In this document: positions 44,808-53,954 of the stretch, in pieces
Position numbering within the stretch: the first letter of the stretch is position 1
How the letters are laid out: each line of letters begins with the position of its first letter
Assembly: GCA_903900345.1 (NCBI GenBank)
Contig: CAIUMO010000001.1
Coordinates: forward strand, 16,960 to 80,959
From: an uncultured bacterium
GTDB lineage: Bacteria > Patescibacteriota > Saccharimonadia > Saccharimonadales > Saccharimonadaceae
Length of the DNA stretch: 64,000 nt
Direction of reading: 5' to 3'
The notes under the pieces: generated by a model
Told to the model about the DNA's origin: nothing
The model's input: only the letters and a program-made list of their open reading frames with translations
Database searches by the model: none
Position numbers and translations under genes: made by a program

Positions 44808-46702
44808 TCCGCTTAAGTGATGCCATCGTTATTGCTGCTACTAAATTACGGACGCATCGTATTCGTACTACAATCACGATTATTCTGTCGAGCTTGTTAT
44901 TCGCCGCCTTGATTGCAGCGATCATTATTACCACTGGCGTTACCAAAAGTGTTGCAGTCTTTAATAATCAAGGCCTTAACAATCGTTATCTTGTCTGGGC
45001 GCAAGCTGACAATCCTTTATTCGGTGGCGTTTTAAGCACTAAAGAATTCATTACTTTAGCTCAACAAAAAGGTAAAGACTTGATAATCGCCAAGCAAGCT
45101 GAAGCCAAAAAGCTAGGTATTGACTATAACGCTGGCAACGAACCGTCTGCCACCTTGACCGAATCTATGTCTGGTCAAAACTCGGTACATGTCAACTTCC
45201 AAAGCTATGCCGCAATAGAAGCGATGCAAGAATATGTCAAACAGCATCCAAGTCCAGATTTAAATGAGCTCAAACAGGCAGCGGCTAACTATCATCCGAT
45301 CGGCTTTTATTCATCAATTATGGCTGGACTAAGTAATGGCAATATGTCGATCATGTCCAATGGCAGTGAGAATTTTACGCCAACCGATGATCAGAGAGTT
45401 AGCCTTTTATTTCCAGGCCAAACATCATTAATGGTCGATGATTCACACTTAACGCAACCATTTATACTACCAGGTACAACCACTAACGGCAGTAATATTC
45501 CGCTGATTGTTTCGTACTCGACTGCCGAAGGCCTGCTTGGTTTACCAAAGCTACCATCAAATGCCAGCACCAAAGATCATTATGACCGTATCCAACAAGT
45601 TTACAGACAAACTACCAATAACGCCGTAACAGTTACGACTTGCTACCGCAATAGCGTGTCACAACAACAGATCGATCAAGCAATTAGTCAGGCTGATGAA
45701 ATTGCTCGCAACAAGAGCAACAAAGATTATCAAAAGCCAAGCTTGATTTATGGTTTACCAGCCGCTAATTCTTGCAACAAAGCAACCATAATCAGCGATA
45801 AACGTACCGCTGCCGAAAAGAAGACGCAGGCTGCCCAGGATCAATTTGACGCTACTTTTGGTCAAGTCGTGGTACCGGTGCAGCAAAAACTAACCTTCCA
45901 AGTTGTCGGTTTGTCGCCCAGCACCTCAAACAGCAACACTACATTTAGCGACCTGCTGTCTAGTATCGTTGGCTCATCGTTAACTGATGGCTCGGACGTT
46001 ATACCAGCTGATTTACTAGATAAAATGTCGACCGCGACATCTGTTAAATCAACACTGCTAGCAGATAACAGCAATCCATTGGCGGTTGCTAATCCGAACT
46101 ATTACGTTGAATTCTCTAATGCCAATGATGCTCGAAGATTTATTACTGACAAATCTTGTACTACACGTATGGAAGGTACTTGCGCCAGCCCAGGTCGACT
46201 GTTTCAACTTACCGCCAGCGGCAACAACAGCATCGCCCTGCAGGACTTGCAACAAAAGATCGCCAGCGTTTTAGGCCTAGCAACGATTGGAGTTGTCGTA
46301 TTAGCAGTTATCATTATGACCAGCATGATTGGCCGAACAGTTGCAGATGGTCGTCGTGAAACTGCAGTCTTTCGAGCATTAGGCGCTAAACGTAGTGATA
46401 TTGTGGCTATTTACGCTGTTTATACGCTATGTTTGATCATACTAATTGCCATCATATCGTTAGCCGTCGGACTTGGCGCTGCTTATGGCCTGGATGCTTA
46501 CTATGGCCAGGACGCCACTCTTCAGGCTAAATTATTGTTTGATGCCGTTAATACAAACCTGACTTTCCGTTTCTTTAGCATCAACATCGCATTACTTGGA
46601 GTAGTAGTGGTGATTATTGTGATATCTGGACTTTTCAGTATGGTCATTCCAACACTGCGCAATATTCGACGTAATCCAATTCAAGATATGCGAGAGGAGT
46701 AA
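44804..46702 (+). CDS. FtsX/MacB-type permease with an oversized (~440 aa) extracytoplasmic domain
   Basis: 632 aa. TM1 near aa 20-45 and three TMs in the last ~130 aa. ATGA overlap with the ATPase gene. Confidence 0.8.
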   Translation: MIRLSDAIVIAATKLRTHRIRTTITIILSSLLFAALIAAIIITTGVTKSVAVFNNQGLNNRYLVWAQADNPLFGGVLSTKEFITLAQQKGKDLIIAKQAEAKKLGIDYNAGNEPSATLTESMSGQNSVHVNFQSYAAIEAMQEYVKQHPSPDLNELKQAAANYHPIGFYSSIMAGLSNGNMSIMSNGSENFTPTDDQRVSLLFPGQTSLMVDDSHLTQPFILPGTTTNGSNIPLIVSYSTAEGLLGLPKLPSNASTKDHYDRIQQVYRQTTNNAVTVTTCYRNSVSQQQIDQAISQADEIARNKSNKDYQKPSLIYGLPAANSCNKATIISDKRTAAEKKTQAAQDQFDATFGQVVVPVQQKLTFQVVGLSPSTSNSNTTFSDLLSSIVGSSLTDGSDVIPADLLDKMSTATSVKSTLLADNSNPLAVANPNYYVEFSNANDARRFITDKSCTTRMEGTCASPGRLFQLTASGNNSIALQDLQQKIASVLGLATIGVVVLAVIIMTSMIGRTVADGRRETAVFRALGAKRSDIVAIYAVYTLCLIILIAIISLAVGLGAAYGLDAYYGQDATLQAKLLFDAVNTNLTFRFFSINIALLGVVVVIIVISGLFSMVIPTLRNIRRNPIQDMREE

Positions 46703-46713
46703 TTAATAAAGTC

Positions 46714-47349
46714 ATGAAAATAATTATCTTTGGAGCAACTGGCGGCACTGGACAACAACTAGTCGAGCAATCTTTGTCGATCGGCTACGAAACTTCAGTT
46801 TTTGTTCACAATAATCCACAAAAGCTTGATCAGTACGCTGGCAAAATCAAGATTTATCAGGGTGATGTCCGTGACTTTGACGGCGTTAATCAGGCTATTC
46901 AGGGACACGACGCCGTCATGATCGCCTTGGGCGCAATACCAGGCAAAGTTCAACAGACATTGTCACTAGGAACGGCTAATATCGTTCGAGTAATGGAAAC
47001 CAACAATATAAAACGATTAGTCACAGAAACAGGTGCAGCCCTGGTCGAAGACAAGAATCAACTTCCAATGATTTGGCGGCTAACACCAAATATGCCGTTA
47101 ATGCGTGAAATGTTTGACGATAAACGCAAACAAGAAAAAGCCATCATGGATAGCAAATTGGACTGGATAATAGTTCGTCCAGCTAATTTGAATAACAATC
47201 CATTGAATCTAAATTATAAAGTCGGCGAGCATATCAAATTACAAGTTGCATCGTCTGTTGCCAGAGCTGACGTCGCTGACTTTATGATAAAACAACTGAC
47301 TTCTGATACCTGGCTCAAAAAGGCCATAATCATAGAAAGTGCCAACTAG
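46714..47349 (+). CDS. NAD(P)H-binding atypical SDR (NmrA/BVR-B-like)
   Basis: MKIIIFGATGGTGQQLV Rossmann motif. 211 aa. Confidence 0.8.
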   Translation: MKIIIFGATGGTGQQLVEQSLSIGYETSVFVHNNPQKLDQYAGKIKIYQGDVRDFDGVNQAIQGHDAVMIALGAIPGKVQQTLSLGTANIVRVMETNNIKRLVTETGAALVEDKNQLPMIWRLTPNMPLMREMFDDKRKQEKAIMDSKLDWIIVRPANLNNNPLNLNYKVGEHIKLQVASSVARADVADFMIKQLTSDTWLKKAIIIESAN

Positions 47350-47404
47350 CCATCACTCATAGGTATTTACTAATCTTCATATTTAGTGTATAATATGTAG
47401 TATA

Positions 47405-47911
47405 GTGAGATTAGATAATAAGTCAGAAAAACATACAGATTTAGTTGAGCCAAAAGGCGCTAATCATATAAAATCGCCCGAGAACGGCTTTTCAACCAGT
47501 CTTAATATAATTACTGTGGCTACCGTAGGCATTATCGCCATGGCCTTTTTGGGATCGGCCTATAATACCTACATACCTAGGGTTATCGATAATATCTCAA
47601 CAAATATAGATAACGAAACCATTAAAAAAGAAGAGGGTGAAGTATTAAACACTTCATCGACAGACACAATATCCCCGTCATCAGATTTGACGGAATACAT
47701 AACTTCAACAGTTGATAATAAATCAGAGGCTACTACAACCCCAAGTAAGAGTGGCTCGGTTACGTTAGGCCTAGTTGTTAATCCATGGCTGATTTGCAAC
47801 AAAGAATTTACAAGATGCACCACAAACGTACAATGTGGCGACGTTCCTTGTGAAGTTACTATACTAAAAGAAGAAGCCAAAACCGGCGTTAAAATTGTCA
47901 CTAAATACTAA
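47405..47911 (+). CDS. Membrane-anchored hypothetical protein with a Cys-rich C-terminus
   Basis: GTG start. One TM helix (IITVATVGIIAMAFLG), an S/T-rich linker, and 4 Cys in the last 45 aa. Confidence 0.35.
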   Translation: MRLDNKSEKHTDLVEPKGANHIKSPENGFSTSLNIITVATVGIIAMAFLGSAYNTYIPRVIDNISTNIDNETIKKEEGEVLNTSSTDTISPSSDLTEYITSTVDNKSEATTTPSKSGSVTLGLVVNPWLICNKEFTRCTTNVQCGDVPCEVTILKEEAKTGVKIVTKY

Positions 47912-48050
47912 TATTGACCAGTTTGTGGCGATATTACTCAAAATACTTCTACCAAACAAAGGGTAATCAACCCGCCACAACCTAATTCACAATACATTTG
48001 CTATAATGTCTATATGGAATCGTTAAATCTAGGTCAAAAATGAGACTGAT

Positions 48051-48746
48051 ATGCCTATAATTCAAGATGAAGAATTTGGCAAAATCACGATTCGTCGCAG
48101 CATAAAAGCAACTCAGGTTCGGGTGCGAGTTGCACCAGATGGTACTTTAAGGGCATCACTGCCAATGTACGCGCCAGTTTTGCTGGTTAAACATTTGCTC
48201 AAAACCTCACGCGACGAACTGCGTCGAATTATGGCTCAATCAAAGGCCGAATATAACTACGAAAATGGCATGCAGATCGGCAAAAGCCATACACTTGTCG
48301 TCCAACATACCAACAGTCAAACTTTTAGTGCTTCACGCCATGGTCAGCAGATTATAATCAAATTACCGATTGAATTACAGCTTAATAGTCCAGTTGTCGC
48401 TAGAGAAATACGCGATGTGGTAATTTCAGCCCTACGGGTTGAAGCCAAAAGTTATCTGCCCAAAAGGTTGTCGTATTTATCTAATCAATATGGCTTTGTC
48501 TATAACAAAGTCCGTTTTTCGCACGCCAGTGGACGATGGGGTAGTTGCAGCAGTAATGGTACGATTAGCCTTAATATCGCCCTAATGAAACTGCCATTCG
48601 AGTTAATTGATTATGTCATTATTCACGAATTATCGCACACCAAACAGATGAATCACGGGCCTTTATTCTGGAATTTAGTCGCTCAGGGTGATCCAAATTA
48701 CAAAGCCCACAGACGAACTTTGAAGTCACAAAATCCATCTATATAA
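48051..48746 (+). CDS. YgjP-like (DUF45/M48-related) metal-dependent hydrolase
   Basis: IDYVIIHELSHTKQMNHGPLFWNLV motif (HExxH...H..FW). Confidence 0.8.
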   Translation: MPIIQDEEFGKITIRRSIKATQVRVRVAPDGTLRASLPMYAPVLLVKHLLKTSRDELRRIMAQSKAEYNYENGMQIGKSHTLVVQHTNSQTFSASRHGQQIIIKLPIELQLNSPVVAREIRDVVISALRVEAKSYLPKRLSYLSNQYGFVYNKVRFSHASGRWGSCSSNGTISLNIALMKLPFELIDYVIIHELSHTKQMNHGPLFWNLVAQGDPNYKAHRRTLKSQNPSI

Positions 48747-48777
48747 AATAATTTTTAGAGTGTATAATAAGCACAAG

Positions 48778-50418
48778 ATGTATAAGGGTGGACCGATTTA
48801 CACACCAAGTTTAGTCAAGATTTTTCGTTATGCTGGATTATTATCTCCGGTCGTATTAACTGTCTATGGCATACTGATTCAGTTTGGGTATATTCAAACA
48901 GCTCATCTTATTGATATTGTCGGCTTTTACGTGTTGATGTTTTGGTGGTCGGCCGTTGGCATTTTGCAGTTTATAATACCTAACAAAACCAAGTTAGACT
49001 CCAGCCTGAAATTAATCGCTTATCACTTACTGATCGGCGCTTATTTGGTGTTCATTTCGAGCCTGTCTTCGCCATTGATAGCCAGCTGGCTACTACTTAT
49101 GATGGCATCATACCTGCTTTTCTCGACTCGCGGTCTAGAGTCCAGCATCCTGATGTTTGCCGCTGTTATATCTATCGACATTGTCATGTGGCGCGATGTT
49201 ATTCCAACGGTAATGAATTACGATTTAGTCGCCTTAATAGTAGTTTTGCTAGCCGGAGTTATAGCCTTAAATATATTTCGCTCTCAAGAAGTTAATAAGA
49301 ATGATTTGAATAAAAGTAAAGCCCAAGAATCGCTGCAACGTGACCGAGTGTCTACAATCGTCAACAATATGACCGACGCTGTCCTAAGTACTGACATGGA
49401 AGGCATCATTCGCGTCTATAATGCCGCCAGCTTAAACCTACTTGACACCAACACCAGCCTGAATGGCCACCACATCGACGAGATTTTACCACTAGCCGAT
49501 CAAAAGAGTAACAGTGTTAGTTTATTTAAAGAACTTCAAGCCGCCAAAACTGTCATCAAACGTGATGACCTTAATTATGCTTTTGATGATGGCGAACAGA
49601 TTAGGCTTGAAATTACTTATTCGCCAATCCGCAGTAGTTACAGTCGATCTAAAAAGTCCGAAACACATGACGGCTATATCGTCATCGCCCGTGACGTCAC
49701 CAAGGCTAAAAGCCTAGAAGAAGAGCGCGATGAATTTATTAGCGTTACTAGCCATGAACTTAGAACGCCATTAACAATCGCCGAGGGTACAATATCTAAT
49801 GTTCAAGTCATGATGGAACATCCCGACGTGACACCAGCTATGTTAAAAGAGGCTGTTAATACCGCTCACGAACAAATCCTCTTTTTGGCCAGCATGGTTA
49901 ACGATCTAAGTACTTTATCGCGCGCTGAACGTGGCGTAGCTGATAGCACAGAGGATATTGACGTTCGCGAATTAGCGCATAAATTGCACGATAAATATAA
50001 CGCTGAAGCCAGCACCAAAAAGCTGCATTTGAACCTAGATCTGTCGCCAAAACTCGGTGTAGTTCATGTCAGTCGGTTGTACATCGAGGAACTGTTACAA
50101 AACCTGTTAACTAACGCCATTAAATATACCAAAAAAGGCAGCGTGACTATCATCTTTGAACAAAAAGGTGACAAGGTTAACTTTGCCGTCAAAGACACCG
50201 GTATAGGCATCAGCAAGTCCGACCAAGCTAAAATATTCGCTAAATTTTATCGCAGCGAAGATTATAGGACGCGCGAGACTAGCGGTACTGGACTTGGATT
50301 GTACATTGCAGCCAAACTAGCCCACAAAATAGGCACCAAGATAACTACGGTTAGTCGTTTGAATTTTGGTTCGACTTTTAGCTTTACTCTACCCGTCAAA
50401 AAAGAACAAAAAAACTAA
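48778..50418 (+). CDS. Membrane sensor histidine kinase (PAS-like region plus HisKA plus HATPase_c)
   Basis: H-box SHELRTPLT, N-box LLTNAIKYT, G1 DTGIGI, G2 GTGLGL. The ORF-track GTG at 48760 lies inside a TATAAT box, so ATG 48778 is preferred. Confidence 0.85.
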   Translation: MYKGGPIYTPSLVKIFRYAGLLSPVVLTVYGILIQFGYIQTAHLIDIVGFYVLMFWWSAVGILQFIIPNKTKLDSSLKLIAYHLLIGAYLVFISSLSSPLIASWLLLMMASYLLFSTRGLESSILMFAAVISIDIVMWRDVIPTVMNYDLVALIVVLLAGVIALNIFRSQEVNKNDLNKSKAQESLQRDRVSTIVNNMTDAVLSTDMEGIIRVYNAASLNLLDTNTSLNGHHIDEILPLADQKSNSVSLFKELQAAKTVIKRDDLNYAFDDGEQIRLEITYSPIRSSYSRSKKSETHDGYIVIARDVTKAKSLEEERDEFISVTSHELRTPLTIAEGTISNVQVMMEHPDVTPAMLKEAVNTAHEQILFLASMVNDLSTLSRAERGVADSTEDIDVRELAHKLHDKYNAEASTKKLHLNLDLSPKLGVVHVSRLYIEELLQNLLTNAIKYTKKGSVTIIFEQKGDKVNFAVKDTGIGISKSDQAKIFAKFYRSEDYRTRETSGTGLGLYIAAKLAHKIGTKITTVSRLNFGSTFSFTLPVKKEQKN

Positions 50419-50425
50419 AGTAATC

Positions 50426-50454
50426 TTGACGAACAACGTTTTGTCGTCTATACT
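50426..50454 (+). promoter_or_regulatory. Sigma70-like promoter for secE-nusG
   Basis: TTGACG (50426-50431), 17-nt spacer, TATACT (50449-50454). Confidence 0.5.
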
Positions 50455-50502
50455 AGCACTTGACAGTCTGCTTCGAGCAGGCTATTTAATTAGGAGTGAA
50501 AA

Positions 50503-50778
50503 ATGGTTTTTCTAAAGAAGAAAAAAACGAAAAAAGACGTAGCTCCCAAAAAAGATAACAAGTTTCTAAAAAGTCTTAAAAAACGTTTTGGTTTCTTGGC
50601 TAAAATTGGCGGCTATTTCAAAGGGGCATGGTTTGAACTTAAACAAGTTCGTTGGCCAGATCGCAAGTCAACCTGGAGTTTAACACTAGCCGTACTTTTA
50701 TTCACAGCATTCTTTATCGTTCTAATTATATTATTAGACGACGGTTTTAAAGAATTATTCAAATTAATCATTAAGTAA
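50503..50778 (+). CDS. secE: Preprotein translocase subunit SecE
   Basis: 91 aa. Lys-rich N-terminus. FKGAWFELKQVRWPDRKSTW followed by a single TM helix. Precedes nusG. Confidence 0.85.
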   Translation: MVFLKKKKTKKDVAPKKDNKFLKSLKKRFGFLAKIGGYFKGAWFELKQVRWPDRKSTWSLTLAVLLFTAFFIVLIILLDDGFKELFKLIIK

Positions 50779-50790
50779 ACAAAGGAAAAT

Positions 50791-51336
50791 ATGTCAAAAA
50801 ATCGTTACGATTCAACCCGCCAATGGTACGCTATCCACACTTATAGCGGCTACGAAGAAAAAGTTGCCGACAACATTCGTCAGCGCATTAACGCCGTCGA
50901 TATGGCCGACAAGATTTTCGATGTTATGGTTCCAAAAGAGAAACAGATCGAAATCAAAAACGGCAAACGTAAAGTTGTTGAAAAGAAAATTTTCCAAGGC
51001 TACGTCCTAGTCGAGATGAAACTAACAGATGAGACTTGGTATATTATCCGCAACACCCCAGGTGTTACCGGCTTTGTTGGTACCGGCACCGAACCAACAC
51101 CAGTATCTGAAAGTGAAATTGCTAAAATCAAACGACGCATGGGCGTTGAAGATCCAAAACACTTCATCGACTTCAAAATCGGCGAAGTTATCAGCATTAC
51201 CGATGGGCCATTCAAAAGCTTTGACGGTGCTATTTCTGAGATTGACAACCAAAAGGGTAAAGTCAAAGTTATGGTTAGCATGTTCGGCCGTGATACACCA
51301 GTTGAACTTGACGCATTACAGGTCCGTAAGGTATAA
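50791..51336 (+). CDS. nusG: Transcription termination/antitermination factor NusG
   Basis: 181 aa. WYAIHTYSGYEEKV NGN domain and C-terminal KOW (GEVISITDGPFKSFDG). Confidence 0.96.
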   Translation: MSKNRYDSTRQWYAIHTYSGYEEKVADNIRQRINAVDMADKIFDVMVPKEKQIEIKNGKRKVVEKKIFQGYVLVEMKLTDETWYIIRNTPGVTGFVGTGTEPTPVSESEIAKIKRRMGVEDPKHFIDFKIGEVISITDGPFKSFDGAISEIDNQKGKVKVMVSMFGRDTPVELDALQVRKV

Positions 51337-51393
51337 TACCCCAGTTACGCATAGCTTCAACGTGTATTAACAACAAAATTACAGGAAAATTAT

Positions 51394-51822
51394 ATGCCAT
51401 CTAAAAAAGTTATCGGAAATTTGAAATTGCGCATCCCAGCAGGCCGCGCAACTGCAGGTCCACCAGTTGGATCAACCCTTGGTCAATGGGGACTAAACAT
51501 GATGAACTTCATCAACCCATTCAACGAAGCAACCAAAGATTTGATGGGTAAGGACGTTATCGTCCACCTACAAGTCTACGAAGATCGAACTTTTGACTGG
51601 AAGTCACTTGGACGACCTGTCAGTGATTTGATTATGGAAAAAGCTAACATTAAAAAGGGAAGTGGCAAATCACACCTTGATAAAGTTGGTAAAATCACTC
51701 GCGCACAACTAGAAGAGATTGCTGAGATCAAAAAAGATCAACTAAACGCAATTGACCTAGAAGGTCGCGTTAAAGTTATCGCAGGTGCTGCACGCTCAAT
51801 GGGCGTCGAAGTCGTTGCCTAA
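51394..51822 (+). CDS. rplK: 50S ribosomal protein L11
   Basis: 142 aa. LKLRIPAGRATAGPPVGSTLGQ.G motif. Confidence 0.96.
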   Translation: MPSKKVIGNLKLRIPAGRATAGPPVGSTLGQWGLNMMNFINPFNEATKDLMGKDVIVHLQVYEDRTFDWKSLGRPVSDLIMEKANIKKGSGKSHLDKVGKITRAQLEEIAEIKKDQLNAIDLEGRVKVIAGAARSMGVEVVA

Positions 51823-51840
51823 CCCAACCGACCAACACAT

Positions 51841-51877
51841 AAAATATCGCGGATAAAAGTCCGCGATATTTTATTTC
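51841..51877 (+). terminator. Intrinsic terminator between rplK and rplA
   Basis: AAAATATCGCGGA-TAAAAG-TCCGCGATATTTT, 13-bp stem, then ATTTC. Confidence 0.65.
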
Positions 51878-51906
51878 TAGAACTTGAAGCCTAATGCCCT
51901 CAACTA

Positions 51907-51935
51907 TTGCTTTATCAGCGAGTTTTTGTTATAAT
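51907..51935 (+). promoter_or_regulatory. Sigma70-like promoter dedicated to rplA
   Basis: TTGCTT (51907-51912), 17-nt spacer, TATAAT (51930-51935) with upstream TGT. Confidence 0.5.
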
Positions 51936-52006
51936 CGTACTTATAAAAATCAATGTTGGGACCGCATCATACGATACGGGCTATTACCACAGAAAGGGTT
52001 CACTAA

Positions 52007-52987
52007 ATGACTAAAAAGTCTGATTTGTTGGAAACAGCAAAAGAACTAAAATTAGAAGTAACAGATAAAAACACAATCGCCGAGATTGAAGCAGCTATTG
52101 CTGCTGCAGCCCCAGTTGAAGCACCTGTTCACGAAGTAAAAATCACTAAATCTGGCAAACGCAGCGAAAAAGCTATCCGCGAAGCTGATGAATTAGCTGA
52201 AAAAGAAGCTCGCAAGGCTGCTCACGATACCACGCCTCAATCAGAAGAAGCCGAAGCTCACACTAAAAAAGGGCCAAAACCAGTTACTCGTCCATTACTA
52301 GAACGACGTGGTAAAAAATATCGCAAAGTTGCTGAATTAGTCGACAAAAAAGTCGTTTATTCACTAGCTGACGCCCTAGAATTAGCTACCAAAACTAGCC
52401 CAAGCAAATTTGACGCTAGCGTTGAAATCCACATCCGCCTAGGTGTTGATCCACGCCAAGCTGACCAAAATATTCGCGCAACCGTTTCGCTTCCAAACGG
52501 AACCGGTAAAACCGTCCGTGTTGCCGTCTTCGCACCAGAAACTGAACATGCTGCCGCTAAAAAAGCCGGAGCTGATGTTATCGGTGATGACAACTTCCTA
52601 AAACAACTCGAAAAAGGTGAAATTAACTTTGATATCCTAATTGCAACACCACAATACATGCCAAAACTTGGTAAGTATGCTCGTTTGCTTGGACCAAAAG
52701 GTTTGATGCCTAACCCAAAGAGTGGTTCAGTTGCAGCCGATGTCGCTAAAGCCGTTACCGAAGCTAAAGCCGGTAAGGTTGAATACCGTGTCGACAAACA
52801 GTCAATTGTTCACCTCAGCATTGGTAAGGTTTCATTCGGTGCCGCTAAGCTAATCGAGAACGCTAACGCTTTCTTTGACAGCCTACGCTCACACAAACCA
52901 ACCAGCCTAAAAGGTGTCTACATTAAATCAACTTCAATCAGCACCACTCAAGGTCCTGGCATTAAAGTTGAAAACATCACTAATTAA
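52007..52987 (+). CDS. rplA: 50S ribosomal protein L1 with ~100-aa N-terminal extension
   Basis: 326 aa. The L1 core starts near aa 101 (KKYRKVAELVDKK...LGVDPRQADQNIR..V.LP.GTGK.VRVAVF). There is no in-frame ATG near the core start. Confidence 0.9.
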   Translation: MTKKSDLLETAKELKLEVTDKNTIAEIEAAIAAAAPVEAPVHEVKITKSGKRSEKAIREADELAEKEARKAAHDTTPQSEEAEAHTKKGPKPVTRPLLERRGKKYRKVAELVDKKVVYSLADALELATKTSPSKFDASVEIHIRLGVDPRQADQNIRATVSLPNGTGKTVRVAVFAPETEHAAAKKAGADVIGDDNFLKQLEKGEINFDILIATPQYMPKLGKYARLLGPKGLMPNPKSGSVAADVAKAVTEAKAGKVEYRVDKQSIVHLSIGKVSFGAAKLIENANAFFDSLRSHKPTSLKGVYIKSTSISTTQGPGIKVENITN

Positions 52988-53007
52988 TCACTCGATTAAT
53001 TAAAATT

Positions 53008-53040
53008 AAACCGAGGCTGCAATGCCTCGGTTTTATTTTA
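53008..53040 (+). terminator. Intrinsic terminator after rplA
   Basis: AAACCGAGGC-TGCAAT-GCCTCGGTTT followed by TATTTTA. Confidence 0.65.
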
Positions 53041-53103
53041 CCGCAAATCAAAAACCCATTCCGCGGCTATATAATTTCACCGACATGGTGCATAATTAAG
53101 ATT

Positions 53104-53928
53104 ATGACTATAACCAAAGCAATAATTCCCGTTGCCGGTTGGGGCACCAGACGACTGCCTATTACCAAAGCAATTGAAAAGTGTATGCTACCGATTGGCA
53201 ATCGCCCAGTGGTTGATTATGTCGTCCAGGATTGCATCAAAGCCGGTATAACCGACATATATTTTGTTATCGGCGAACAAAGCAACCAACTACGTGATTA
53301 CTACCGATCAAATATCGATTTAAATGATTATCTAAGACGTAATGGCAAAGAAAATCTGTTACCGCTGGTCACACCACCGAAAATTCGATTTCATTACATT
53401 ACTCAATCAAGCTATGCCAAATATGGCACAGCTGTTCCGGTCAGCTTAGTTGTACCCTTGCTAAATGAAGGTGAGTCGGCTGTGGTTTTGATGGGCGACG
53501 ATTGTATTTATCGTCAGGATGATTTGTCAGAGGTAGCGAGGTTAATAAAAGCAGCTGGTGACGACTCAGCAATGCTCGGCACACGCGTTCCGCACCAAGA
53601 CGTCTCAAAATATGGCGTACTTGAAACTAATGCGGCTGGTGAATTTGTCAGAATTATCGAAAAACCAAATATTGACGATGCACCCAGCGATATCGTCAAT
53701 GTCAGTAAATATGTTCTTAACTACAAAGCCCTGAAACTAATTGAGCAATACGCCGAGATTGATAAAGTTAGTGGTGAATATTATATTACCGATCCAATTA
53801 ACCAATACGTCACTGATGGTGGACGGCTCATGGTAGTTGAAGCTGAGGGGCAATATTTGGATAGTGGCACAGTCGAGGGTTGGCTGCAGGCTAATCAAAT
53901 CGTGATCGGCAACATGCAGACTCAATAA
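53104..53928 (+). CDS. galU: UTP--glucose-1-phosphate uridylyltransferase-like nucleotidyltransferase
   Basis: 274 aa. [26 protein letters not shown] matches the GalU G.GTR.LP.TK..PKEMLP motif. Confidence 0.8.
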   Translation: MTITKAIIPVAGWGTRRLPITKAIEKCMLPIGNRPVVDYVVQDCIKAGITDIYFVIGEQSNQLRDYYRSNIDLNDYLRRNGKENLLPLVTPPKIRFHYITQSSYAKYGTAVPVSLVVPLLNEGESAVVLMGDDCIYRQDDLSEVARLIKAAGDDSAMLGTRVPHQDVSKYGVLETNAAGEFVRIIEKPNIDDAPSDIVNVSKYVLNYKALKLIEQYAEIDKVSGEYYITDPINQYVTDGGRLMVVEAEGQYLDSGTVEGWLQANQIVIGNMQTQ

Positions 53929-53954
53929 TTAAATATTTCACACAAGGGGGTGAC

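Noticed and set aside
31019-50425. The island as a prophage or integrative element
   Set aside because: No integrase, recombinase, capsid, terminase or conjugation genes are present. I found no direct repeat of the tRNA-Trp 3' end at the distal border. It is treated only as an accessory region.
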